A stretch of 64,000 nucleotides of DNA from an uncultured Nitrospiraceae bacterium (lineage in GTDB: Bacteria; Nitrospirota; Nitrospiria; Nitrospirales; Nitrospiraceae), in assembly GCA_963706325.1 (NCBI GenBank), contig CAVPLT010000007.1:256001-320000 (forward strand), written 5' to 3'. The notes beneath the pieces are model-generated. The model searched no databases and had not been told where the DNA came from. It saw only the letters and a list, made by a program, of their open reading frames with translations. The number at the start of each line of letters is the position of its first letter. Within the stretch, counting starts at the first letter, position 1. Position numbers and translations under genes: made by a program. Of the stretch, positions 49,895 to 60,182 are shown piece after piece.

Positions 49895-50215
49895 ATGGTG
49901 ACCATTACGCAGTTGGCTGAGCAGAAGATAAAAGAACTCATGATTGAGGAAAAGGATGTAGTGGGTCTTCGCGTGTATGTGCGTGGCGGCGGATGCCATG
50001 GATATCAATATGGGATGGCCTTTGAGTCTAAAATGGCCGACGACGATACGGTGATTGAAAAGGGTGATGTGAAAGTCATCATGGACTCGCAGAGTGCTCC
50101 GCTGCTCCAGGGCGCAGAGGTGGATTACGTTGATAGCTTGCAGGGATCAGGGTTCTCGATCAAGAATCCCCAAGCGAAGACGACCTGCGGTTGCGGCAGT
50201 TCCTTCAGTGCATAA
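49895..50215 (+). CDS. erpA: A-type Fe-S carrier (ErpA/IscA/HesB)
   Basis: GGGCHGYQY, DY..GSGF..NP, CGCGSSF. Confidence 0.9.
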   Translation: MVTITQLAEQKIKELMIEEKDVVGLRVYVRGGGCHGYQYGMAFESKMADDDTVIEKGDVKVIMDSQSAPLLQGAEVDYVDSLQGSGFSIKNPQAKTTCGCGSSFSA

Positions 50216-50269
50216 GGATTTCCGGTTGTCTCACAACCGGGGTGCCGACTTCTCGCTGAGTGAAGGGGT

Positions 50270-50322
50270 AAGCCGGGAGTGGCTCTCGTCCAGGACGGGA
50301 GTGCTCCCGGCTTGTTCGTTTT
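50270..50322 (+). terminator. Long GC-rich hairpin, probable terminator
   Basis: AAGCCGGGAG...CTCCCGGCTT with inner stem, followed by GTTCGTTTT. Confidence 0.55.
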
Positions 50323-50346
50323 GATCATTCTCCAGGAGTATTCTCG

Positions 50347-50790
50347 ATGGCTCATGCCATGATCACTCGCCGCTATCGTTTCTGTGCGGCGCATCGTTTA
50401 CACACTGATCAGCTGTCGCCTGCGGAGAACGTGACGATCTTCGGGAAGTGTAATAATCTCAACGGACATGGACACAATTATGTTGTGTTTGTCTCCGTCA
50501 GGGGCGAGATTGATCCGAAGACGCATCAGGTGCTGGATGGGCAGCGACTCGATGCCATCGTTGAGCGTACGGTCGTGCAGCGCTTCGATCATCGGGATTT
50601 GAATCAGGACAAAGCATTTGCGAACCGGACGACAACGGGGGAAAATCTAGTGCTCCTCATGTGGGATCTCCTCGTCAATGAGATTCCAGGAGGACGGCTT
50701 GCCAAGGTCGGAGTGATCGAGACACGAGACAACTACTTCGAATATTCCGGCTCCTCCGCGGGTGCGAAACATGAGGACAGGCATGGCTAA
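50347..50790 (+). CDS. 6-pyruvoyl-tetrahydropterin/6-carboxy-tetrahydropterin synthase family (C-x5-HGH type)
   Basis: [35 protein letters not shown]. Confidence 0.9.
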   Translation: MAHAMITRRYRFCAAHRLHTDQLSPAENVTIFGKCNNLNGHGHNYVVFVSVRGEIDPKTHQVLDGQRLDAIVERTVVQRFDHRDLNQDKAFANRTTTGENLVLLMWDLLVNEIPGGRLAKVGVIETRDNYFEYSGSSAGAKHEDRHG

Positions 50791-51421
50791 AGTGGTCGCT
50801 GGGGCTCGCGCCAGACGGACGCGCAGTTCCTCACAGGACGAAGCCTTCTCGGATCAGGACCCGATCGAGGCGTTGGTGACGCAACTCCTTCTGCATATGG
50901 GAGAGGCGCCGGAACGGAACGGGTTGCTGAATACGCCGAAGCGGTTCGCAAAAGCCATGCGATTTATGACGCAGGGGTATCGGCAGGATATCGATCACTT
51001 GCTCAATGGCGCATTGTTTCCGATCGAGTACGATGAGATGGTGATCGTCAAGGACATCGATTTCTTCAGCATGTGCGAGCATCATCTGTTGCCGTTCTTC
51101 GGAAAGTGCCATGTGGGCTATCTGCCAAACAAAAAAGTCGTGGGGCTCAGCAAAATTCCGCGGGTCGTGGACACATTCAGTCGTCGTCTGCAGGTGCAGG
51201 AACGGTTGACCGTGCAAATTGCCGAGACCCTCAAGAACAAGCTAAATGCGCATGGTGTGGCGGTTGTCATGGAGGCCAGACATTTGTGCATGATGATGCG
51301 GGGCGTCGAAAAGCAAAATACGGTGGCCGTCAGCAGCTCCATGTTGGGCGTCTTTCGCACGCAACAGCAGACACGCGAAGAGTTTTTGAAGTTGATCCGT
51401 GGTGTGAGAGACGGAAATTAG
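50783..51421 (+). CDS. folE: GTP cyclohydrolase I
   Basis: [38 protein letters not shown]. Confidence 0.96.
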   Translation: MAKVVAGARARRTRSSSQDEAFSDQDPIEALVTQLLLHMGEAPERNGLLNTPKRFAKAMRFMTQGYRQDIDHLLNGALFPIEYDEMVIVKDIDFFSMCEHHLLPFFGKCHVGYLPNKKVVGLSKIPRVVDTFSRRLQVQERLTVQIAETLKNKLNAHGVAVVMEARHLCMMMRGVEKQNTVAVSSSMLGVFRTQQQTREEFLKLIRGVRDGN

Positions 51422-51441
51422 GGAGAGTCCACCCCCGCACT

Positions 51442-52233
51442 TTACCGCAACCCTTCGACGAAGCCTTTTACCAGATCATTAAACACATCCGGCTCTTCTA
51501 GATTACTGAGGTGGCCGGCGCAAGGGATAACCGCCAGCTGGGAGCCGGGGATTTCTTTCGCCATCAATTGGGAATCGACCATCGGCGTCGTGGTGTCTTC
51601 CTGGCCGATCAGGACAAGAGCGGGGCAGCTGATGGCGCGGAGGAAAGGCACGGCATCGGATCGTGCAGCCATGGCCATCAAATCGACGACGATGCCACTG
51701 ACCGGCGCGGCGAGGATCATCTCGCGAACATGCCTGACGAGATCCTCTTTGGTCTGTAGCGATGTGGGCCCAAGCAATTTGGGCAGCATGATGTCAGCGA
51801 CCGCCTCGCCCCCCTGCTTGAAGGCCGTTTGCGCCAGATGAAATCGCGCTGTTCGGCCGGCCGGGCTATCAGCGTGTGCGCGGGTATTAGCCAGCACGAG
51901 CGCTTTCAATCGGTCTCCATATTTCCGCGCAAAGGCAAAGCTCACATAGCCTCCCATCGATAGGCCCACCAAGACTGCCCGCGGAATGGCTAGATGATCC
52001 AGCAAAGCGCACACATCGTCGGCATAATGGTCGAGTGAGAAGGCCCAGAGAGGCGCATCGGACTCGCCATGCCCGCGAAGGTCGATTGTGATGGTGCGGA
52101 ATTGCCTGGACAAGCCGGTCACCTGCGGCGTCCACATCAAACGATTCAGGGGGAAAGCGTGAAGAAAGACGAGCGGCACACCTGTGCCTTGGTCGTCATA
52201 GGCCAAGCGAAGGTCCTGCGTATGAAAAAACAT
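51442..52233 (-). CDS. Alpha/beta-fold hydrolase (PcaD-like)
   Basis: FLHAFP, DLRGHGES, GLSMGG, GQED, AGHLSNLE. Confidence 0.9.
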   Translation of the reverse strand: MFFHTQDLRLAYDDQGTGVPLVFLHAFPLNRLMWTPQVTGLSRQFRTITIDLRGHGESDAPLWAFSLDHYADDVCALLDHLAIPRAVLVGLSMGGYVSFAFARKYGDRLKALVLANTRAHADSPAGRTARFHLAQTAFKQGGEAVADIMLPKLLGPTSLQTKEDLVRHVREMILAAPVSGIVVDLMAMAARSDAVPFLRAISCPALVLIGQEDTTTPMVDSQLMAKEIPGSQLAVIPCAGHLSNLEEPDVFNDLVKGFVEGLR

Positions 52234-52378
52234 CGGTGGCCCTCTGTGAGTAAATGGTACCAGGGTCGTACCATTGCCCAGGTAGCGAATCAAGAGGATC
52301 GTCAAGGAGTCGACAGCCGTTTGCGCGGTTCACACGCGACGGATAAAATGCAGGATATTCTTGGGAGAGACCGACACG

Positions 52379-53668
52379 ATGTCAACTGATGAACCAACAG
52401 GAGATTTGTTTGCGCCACCCCAGGATTCGACCCGTCCCGGGAAAGTTCCCCTCGCGGAGCGAATGCGTCCACGAGATTTTGATGATCTGGTGGGACAGGA
52501 TGAGGTCGTGGGACCAGGCCGTCCGCTGAGAAATGCGATTGAGCGCGATGAGCTCTCTTCCGTCATTTTCTGGGGGCCGCCTGGATGTGGCAAAACCACA
52601 TTGGCTGGCCTGGTTGCGCACTATACTGAGTCTCAGTTCGTCCCGTTTTCCGCCGTGACCGGCGGCATCCCGGAGCTGCGGGCGATTATCAAGGCTGCGG
52701 AACAGCGGCGTGCGATGGGACGAGCGACCACGCTTTTCGTTGACGAAATTCATCGATTCAATAAAGCGCAGCAGGATGCGTTTCTCCCGCATGTCGAGCG
52801 GGGAACGGTGGTGCTTATTGGGGCGACGACGGAAAATCCTTCGTTTGAATTGATCGCCCCCTTGCTCTCACGATCGCTCGTGGTGATCTTGCAGCCTCTC
52901 ACTGAAGAAGCCCTCGGCTTGATCATCGACCGCGCGGTTGCTGATGGGGAACGAGGTCTTGGCTCCCTCCGAATCGTGTTGCGTCCGGCGGCGCGCGAAA
53001 GATTGATCGCTTTTGGAAACGGCGATGCCAGGAGTCTTTTAATGGCGCTGGAGTTCGTCGCCGGCCAGGCCCCCATCGGACAGGATGGGACAAGAATAAT
53101 TGATGAACAGGTGCTGGAAGCCGCGTTGCTTCGGAAGTCGCTTCGATATGACAAGGCTGGAGAGGAGCATTACACTCTCATATCGGCCTATATCAAGAGC
53201 CTGCGCGATTCCGATCCGGACGGCGCGCTCTATTGGTTGGCGCGTATGCTGGAGGGCGGTGAAACCCCTCGTTTTATTGCACGACGTATGGTCATTTTCG
53301 CATCGGAGGATATCGGCAATGCCGATCCACTTGCCCTGGTCTTCGCCAATGCCGTTGCGCAGGCGGTGGAATTCGTGGGGTTTCCTGAAGCGCAGATCAA
53401 TTTGGCCCATGGCACGACCTATTTAGCCTCTCGGCCTAAGGATAATGCGTCGTATGTTGGACTGCAAGAAGCCGTTCAGGATGCGCGCCGGCACGGCAAT
53501 CTTGGAGTGCCGCTGCACTTGCGCAACGCGGTCACGTCGCTGATGAAAGAGATCGGCTATGGCAAAGGATATCGCTACGTGCATGATGATCCGGCGGCCA
53601 AGACCGATCAGGGCCATCTTCCCGTTCCTCTCCAGGGCAAGCGGTACTATCGTCCTCGAACCCCATAG
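52379..53668 (+). CDS. rarA: Replication-associated recombination protein A (RarA/MgsA)
   Basis: PLAERMRP, GPPGCGKTT, DEIHRFNKAQQD, ATTENPSF, ASEDIGNADP, VPLHLRNA. Confidence 0.95.
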   Translation: MSTDEPTGDLFAPPQDSTRPGKVPLAERMRPRDFDDLVGQDEVVGPGRPLRNAIERDELSSVIFWGPPGCGKTTLAGLVAHYTESQFVPFSAVTGGIPELRAIIKAAEQRRAMGRATTLFVDEIHRFNKAQQDAFLPHVERGTVVLIGATTENPSFELIAPLLSRSLVVILQPLTEEALGLIIDRAVADGERGLGSLRIVLRPAARERLIAFGNGDARSLLMALEFVAGQAPIGQDGTRIIDEQVLEAALLRKSLRYDKAGEEHYTLISAYIKSLRDSDPDGALYWLARMLEGGETPRFIARRMVIFASEDIGNADPLALVFANAVAQAVEFVGFPEAQINLAHGTTYLASRPKDNASYVGLQEAVQDARRHGNLGVPLHLRNAVTSLMKEIGYGKGYRYVHDDPAAKTDQGHLPVPLQGKRYYRPRTP

Positions 53669-53729
53669 TTTGAGAAGAAAGGGGCTGGACAAACATGGTG
53701 ATACCGTTATACTTAGGACCGAGGGAACT

Positions 53730-54107
53730 ATGGCGCGTCGATCTGATACACCTGAAACTATCAATGAACGGCGGAAGTATGTCCGGGCCACGCTGGTTGG
53801 CTCAGCCTTAGTTTCGCCGCAGAGCGGAGCGAAAGGATTCACGGCTGTGCTGAACAACGTCAACAAGATTGGAGCCGGACTCCATTCGAAGGAGACGCTG
53901 CCGATCGGCGCCAAGATTACCGTGTCGCTGGCGTTTCTGGATCCCGATCGCGTCGAGCAACAAGAGAAATTGAGCGCGACAGTCGCGTGGGCAAAGCCCT
54001 GGGAGAAGGGGATGTTGATTGGGGTGGTGTGGGATGACTTGGTGACGAAAGAGAAGAACCGCTGGTTGTACTATTATCTCGAAGAGACCCTCAAGTCCAC
54101 GGACTAG
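53730..54107 (+). CDS. PilZ-domain protein
   Basis: ERRKYVR (RxxxR), NVNKIGAG (N/DxSxxG variant), beta-rich. Confidence 0.75.
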   Translation: MARRSDTPETINERRKYVRATLVGSALVSPQSGAKGFTAVLNNVNKIGAGLHSKETLPIGAKITVSLAFLDPDRVEQQEKLSATVAWAKPWEKGMLIGVVWDDLVTKEKNRWLYYYLEETLKSTD

Positions 54108-55945
54108 CCGGCGGCAGTCAGCTTCTCCCGCACCCCTTGCAGTTCTTCCGATAATGATTCCCAGCGCGCCGTGAGCCGCTCCAGTTCTTTCTTCCAACTT
54201 TCCTGCTCTCGCTGCAAATCACCCCACCGGCTGAACTCTTGGTACAGGGCCGGGTTGGTCAGTTCCTGTTCGCGAGCTTTGACTTTCGTTTCCATCGTCG
54301 CGATCTCGGCTTCCGCGCGGGACACTTGCTTCTCAAGGCGGGCCTGAGTTTTGGTCAGGTCTCGCCGCTCCCCGCCATCAGTCTTCGTTTGAACCTGTGA
54401 GGCCATGGCTTTCGTCGGGCCCGCCGACTTGCCGGCTTGCGCGGCGCTGAGTTCTGCGCTCGATTCTTTGATCGATTCGAACTCCTGCGCCTTCTTCCAG
54501 AGAAAGTATTCGTAATCCCCGAAGTAATTCTTCGCGTGGCCGTCGTCGACTTCGACCACCAGGGTGGCGACCCGGGTCAGAAAAGTCGGATCGTGGGAAA
54601 TGAAGACAATGGTGCCGGGGAAATCGGTCAGGGCATCGGTCAGCATATCCACCGAAGCGGGATCCAGGTGGTTGGTGGGCTCATCAAGCAGCAGGGTATT
54701 TGCCGGTTCCACGAGCATGCGGGCCAATGCCACACGGTTGCGCTCGCCGCCGCTCAAGGCCTTGATCGGTTTCTTCTGGTCGTCGCCGGAGAATAAAAAC
54801 GCCCCGGCAATGCCGCGCAGAAAATTCATTTCCGCGCGCGCGGATACCTCGGCTAAGGATTCCAAGATGGTATCTTCCGGATTCAAGGATTCCGCCTGAT
54901 GCTGGGCAAAGTAGTGAAGCGTGGCTCCGTGTCCCACGTGGCGTGACCCTTTTTCAAAAGGCAGCACGCCAGCCAGGATTTTGAGCAGAGTGCTCTTACC
55001 GGCGCCATTTTCCCCGACCAACGCCACCCGATGGCCGCGCTCCGCCGTAAAATCCAAAGAACGGTAGATGATTTTTTCGCCGTAGCTTTTTGCAACACCC
55101 TTGAGTTCCAGAACATGTCGGCCGCTCGCCGCAGGAAGGGGAAACTTAAAGCGCACGCGTTTGTTATCGCGCTGTCGTTCGATCAGTTTCACCTTGTCCA
55201 GTTGCTTGATTCGCGACTGCACCTGTTTGGCCTTGTTCGCCTGGTAGCGGAATCGATCGATAAAATTCTGAACGCGGGCCACTTCTTTGGTCTGCCGGTT
55301 CGCGGCGGACTCGATTTGGGCATCTCGGGCGGCACGCAATTCCTGAAACTTCGTATAGTTGCCTCGGAATTCCTGAATGGTTCGATCGCGCAGTTCCCAA
55401 ATATGCGTCGCGATGCCGTCCAGGAATTTTGTGTCGTGACTGATGACCAGGAGCGTCAGATTGGAATCGAGGAGAAACCGCTCAAACCAGCGTTGCGTCG
55501 GCTTGTCCAAGTGGTTGGTCGGTTCGTCCAGCATGAGGACGTCGGGATTCGACAGGAGCAAATGCGCCAAAGCAACCCGCATGCGGTATCCACCGGAGAG
55601 GTTCTCAATCGGTCGCGCGAAATCAGCTTCAGAAAAACCTAACCCGGAGAGAATACGTTCGGCCTCATGTTCCGGGTACAGGTCCCGGTGCGCAGCATCC
55701 AGCACCGTCTTCCCGACGATCGTTTCCAATTCCTGCGGAAGATAGCCGATGCGCAGTCTTGGGCGCTTACGGATGGAACCTTCGTCCGGAGATTCTTCGC
55801 CCAGAATCATGCGGAAGAGCGTCGTTTTGCCCACTCCGTTCGGTCCGACCAGTCCCACGCGGGCGCCGGGACGGAGATGCGCCGTGGCTCCGTCGAGCAG
55901 GACCTTTGTGGCAAATTGTTTATGTACGGATTCAAGCTGAAGCAT
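54104..55945 (-). CDS. ABC-F family ATPase
   Basis: Two ABC domains (GPNGVGKT, LSGG, LDEPTNHLD twice), no TM, C-terminal coiled coil. Confidence 0.95.
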   Translation of the reverse strand: MLQLESVHKQFATKVLLDGATAHLRPGARVGLVGPNGVGKTTLFRMILGEESPDEGSIRKRPRLRIGYLPQELETIVGKTVLDAAHRDLYPEHEAERILSGLGFSEADFARPIENLSGGYRMRVALAHLLLSNPDVLMLDEPTNHLDKPTQRWFERFLLDSNLTLLVISHDTKFLDGIATHIWELRDRTIQEFRGNYTKFQELRAARDAQIESAANRQTKEVARVQNFIDRFRYQANKAKQVQSRIKQLDKVKLIERQRDNKRVRFKFPLPAASGRHVLELKGVAKSYGEKIIYRSLDFTAERGHRVALVGENGAGKSTLLKILAGVLPFEKGSRHVGHGATLHYFAQHQAESLNPEDTILESLAEVSARAEMNFLRGIAGAFLFSGDDQKKPIKALSGGERNRVALARMLVEPANTLLLDEPTNHLDPASVDMLTDALTDFPGTIVFISHDPTFLTRVATLVVEVDDGHAKNYFGDYEYFLWKKAQEFESIKESSAELSAAQAGKSAGPTKAMASQVQTKTDGGERRDLTKTQARLEKQVSRAEAEIATMETKVKAREQELTNPALYQEFSRWGDLQREQESWKKELERLTARWESLSEELQGVREKLTAAG

Positions 55946-56094
55946 AGATCACTACTGTTTGATGTAAAGAGTGAAGCGTTCGGTGAGGTGTCCGCTGCGA
56001 TCTATCGACGCCCGTATTTGAACGGGTGAATAGTCAAGTATTTTCTGAGTGTATCCCCGAACACAATGGGAGTGTTCATCGAACAAGCGTGGTT

Positions 56095-56170
56095 TGGTGG
56101 AGCTGGCCGGGATTGAACCGGCGACCTCGTGAATGCCATTCACGCGCGCTCCCAACTGCGCCACAGCCCC
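56095..56170 (-). tRNA. tRNA-Ala(GGC)
   Basis: GGGGCTG acceptor with G3:U70, anticodon loop TGGCA, GGTTCAATCC T-arm, encoded CCA; 76 nt. Confidence 0.97.
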
Positions 56171-56407
56171 ACGCAAGCTTGCATTTACATGTGCACAAGC
56201 ACGGGAAAAATGAAAACCGCTGCAGACGTAACTCTGCAATCTAGCATGGCCGGTTTTTATCAGTCAAGAAAAGGGTATGAGAAGGTGGAACCTATACGTC
56301 CTTCTTGCTCGCAGAGCGCGCACCCTTAGATGTGCTCGCTCGATACGCAGTGAAGGCCACATGGGATCGCGCCTTGGGGGAAGAGAACGGATGAGGTAAA
56401 ACCTTGC

Positions 56408-57840
<1,433 letters not shown>

Positions 57841-57958
57841 TAAGGTGTCGGATCTGTTCTTATGACGTACGCATCGTAGCGAACGAATAACCATCAATGG
57901 TATGATCCCCCTCCGTCACAACTCAGAATGTGACGATGTGCCGCACAAGTGTTCCGGA

Positions 57959-58034
57959 GAGTCGGTAGCTCAGCTGGTAGAGCATCGCCCTTTTAAGGCG
58001 AGGGTCCTGGGTTCGAATCCCAGCCGACTCACCA
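57959..58034 (+). tRNA. tRNA-Lys(TTT)
   Basis: GAGTCGG/CCGACTC acceptor, TCGCC-CTTTTAA-GGCGA anticodon arm, GGTTCGAATCC, CCA; 76 nt. Confidence 0.97.
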
Positions 58035-58075
58035 TGAAATCAACGGGTTGTAAGTCAACCCTTCTCAATCCTGGC

Positions 58076-58099
58076 TATTTGTCCGTGTATTTGTCCGTG
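58076..58099. repeat. 12-bp tandem direct repeat, candidate integrase arm-type sites
   Basis: TATTTGTCCGTG x2 between tRNA-Lys and the integrase stop. Confidence 0.65.
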
Positions 58100-58114
58100 T
58101 TCTCATCAGATAAG

Positions 58115-58535
58115 TCACAAAGCTGTGAGGTTCGACTGCTGGGGCAAGGTGGACAAATACTGCTCCAATCGCACCTGCGCGTCCTGAATATCTTCATCGC
58201 TCGTAATGTTGTACCGCTGAAAGACTTGGTCAGTCCGATGCCCAGATATCTTCTTTGCCACAGCGGTATCAATTCCCGCTCGAATGAGATTCCGCACGGC
58301 GGTTCGGCGGAGGTCGTGAAAGAGAAGCCCGGCGACGCCCGCCCTCGTGCAGGCGGTCTTCCAGGCCTTGCGGAATGACCCGATGGGCTTACCCTGCCGG
58401 TGGAAGATACACGGGGAGTCTAAGCGTCGGGATGAGAATCGGCGCGCGATAATCTCACGATACATTCCTTCCAGTACGAGCTTGCGCGATCGTTTATTCT
58501 TGGTGTGAGTAAGCTCTGCATATCGCGCCTTTCTT
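58115..58535 (-). pseudogene. Tyrosine recombinase, C-terminal fragment
   Basis: TKNKRSR, FHDLRRTAVRN, SGHRT..VFQRYNI; N-terminal part absent. Confidence 0.88.
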
Positions 58536-58570
58536 GTGGCCGTGGAGTTTCGGGCTCTGCGGCCATTTTT

Positions 58571-58786
58571 TTATTTGCTCACCAGTTTTTCCTGTAACAC
58601 CGCCCTGATCTGGCCAACATTCCAAGCAGATGCCCGATCAAAATGCTTAATCGGTCTGGGCAAGCGGCCGGCTTTGACGCCCCGCCAGATCGTGGAAGCG
58701 CTGCACGCAAACAAAGCAGTGACGGTGGAAAGGCGAATAAACGCGCTGTTGGGTAAGGTGTCGAAGCTTTCGAGGGGGCTGGGCAT
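58571..58786 (-). CDS. AlpA-family HTH regulator/recombination directionality factor
   Basis: FIRL.TV..L...S.STIWR.VK.GRLPRP..AW.VG.IR; RBS AGGAGG. Confidence 0.85.
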   Translation of the reverse strand: MPSPLESFDTLPNSAFIRLSTVTALFACSASTIWRGVKAGRLPRPIKHFDRASAWNVGQIRAVLQEKLVSK

Positions 58787-59162
58787 CCGGGTCTTCCTCC
58801 TGTAGTGAAGGTTCGCCGGGTGCCTGAAATGAGAAAGGCCCAGCGATCCGCGTAAACACAGCAAGAACCTCTTGCATTGCTACGTCAGCTACGGCTGGGC
58901 CTTGGGAAGCGAATCCGGAGGCTGTAGGCCTACCTCGCCTGCCCTACGCTGTCAGCGTGGGCTACTTACGGCTGTCGTCTGACTGGACCTCTAAGTGAAG
59001 TCCAAGTGTGCCTATCCTGTGCCCGATTTCTCGACGTGTCAAGTCGCTCTGGTATGTGTCAGAACAAGGCAGCTTTCCGCCTTGACGCGAGGTAATATTC
59101 CGCCTGATCAGCAGTGTAGATCTCTTACTAGAAAATCCCGGCGGATGATGGGAAGTGCTCCA

Positions 59163-59537
59163 TCAACCCGAGCACGGCTGTCGTGGGAGCTTCAATTGTA
59201 AGGCAGCCACGAGCTCAGGATTCTCCTCGCGCCACTGTTGCCAACTTTCATCAGTTAGCTTCCACGCAATCCATTCCAGATGGTCTGACGAGGGAGTAAA
59301 CGGCTGGCCATTCGCCTTGCAGCGTGCGCATCGTTGTGGCCGTCGCGCACCCATAAAGAGATGGTTCCCGCAAAAGTACAGTCGCCATCCATACTCGCCT
59401 CCGTATGGTTGTCCACCGCACACATAAGCCAACCCACGATCGATCTCTTTCCCGCACCCTGGATGGTCGCAGTAGGCGGGTACTCCATGCCCGATATCGC
59501 GCTTCCACTTCTCGTCATACCCTAATGACCAGCCCAT
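59163..59537 (-). CDS. Phage-type Cys/His-rich hypothetical protein
   Basis: RBS AAGGAGG; MGWSLG..RDIG.GVPAYCDHPGC..IDRGL.YVCG; CARC; resembles small phage proteins from memory. Confidence 0.75.
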   Translation of the reverse strand: MGWSLGYDEKWKRDIGHGVPAYCDHPGCGKEIDRGLAYVCGGQPYGGEYGWRLYFCGNHLFMGARRPQRCARCKANGQPFTPSSDHLEWIAWKLTDESWQQWREENPELVAALQLKLPRQPCSG

Positions 59538-59659
59538 GACGTGTCCTCCTTCGTGGTTACATCACCCAGGCCACTCCATGTCGTCCTGCTTACGTGACAC
59601 TCCACCGTGGTTTCAGCTATCCTCATCCCGTTATCCAACCAAATCCGGAAGGTCGGGAC

Positions 59660-59881
59660 GTGAAACAGTGGTTGGCCGGGCTTCGCGTCATGCTAAACAT
59701 CGTTGGCGGTGTTTGTTTGGTCATTGCCGCGGTGATCTCCTTTGACGAATGCACAGGCGGTCAGATCCGTGGTTCAGATGACACGTATCATTATCTCTGG
59801 TTCATAGGATTCATCAGTGTAGGAATTGTGTGCATGCTGTTTGCAGGTTTGCTCTCTGATAAGCTGAAGGAATTTCCTTAG
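59660..59881 (+). CDS. Small two-TM membrane protein
   Basis: Two hydrophobic helices; GTG start; convergent with the integrase stub. Confidence 0.5.
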   Translation: MKQWLAGLRVMLNIVGGVCLVIAAVISFDECTGGQIRGSDDTYHYLWFIGFISVGIVCMLFAGLLSDKLKEFP

Positions 59882-59883
59882 CG

Positions 59884-60177
59884 CTATCCCGGCCACTCCA
59901 TCGCATCTCGGGAGTGGTAGCCAGTCGACGGGGCTGCAGCCAGCGGTACCGCCGCCTTCACCTCTGCCCGCCCACCCCGCATGACAAACTCACTATGCTC
60001 CTGCAATGCGGCCTGAACAGGCTCCATCATGCTTTGGGTGTAGACACCCGTATTCTGTAGAGAGGAGTGGTTGAGCACGCCCTTGGAGACCAGCGCCAAG
60101 TTTGTGCCCCGGTTGACTAGGTACGTCGCTGCAGTCCTTCTGAGGTCGTGCGGCCGGATATCTTCCATATTGACTCG
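59884..60177 (-). pseudogene. Second tyrosine recombinase C-terminal fragment
   Basis: IRPHDLRRTAATYL, LNHSS..TGVY. Confidence 0.85.
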
Positions 60178-60182
60178 GAGAG

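Noticed and set aside
57902..58378. 158-aa plus-strand ORF
   Set aside because: Overlaps tRNA-Lys and is antisense to the integrase fragment
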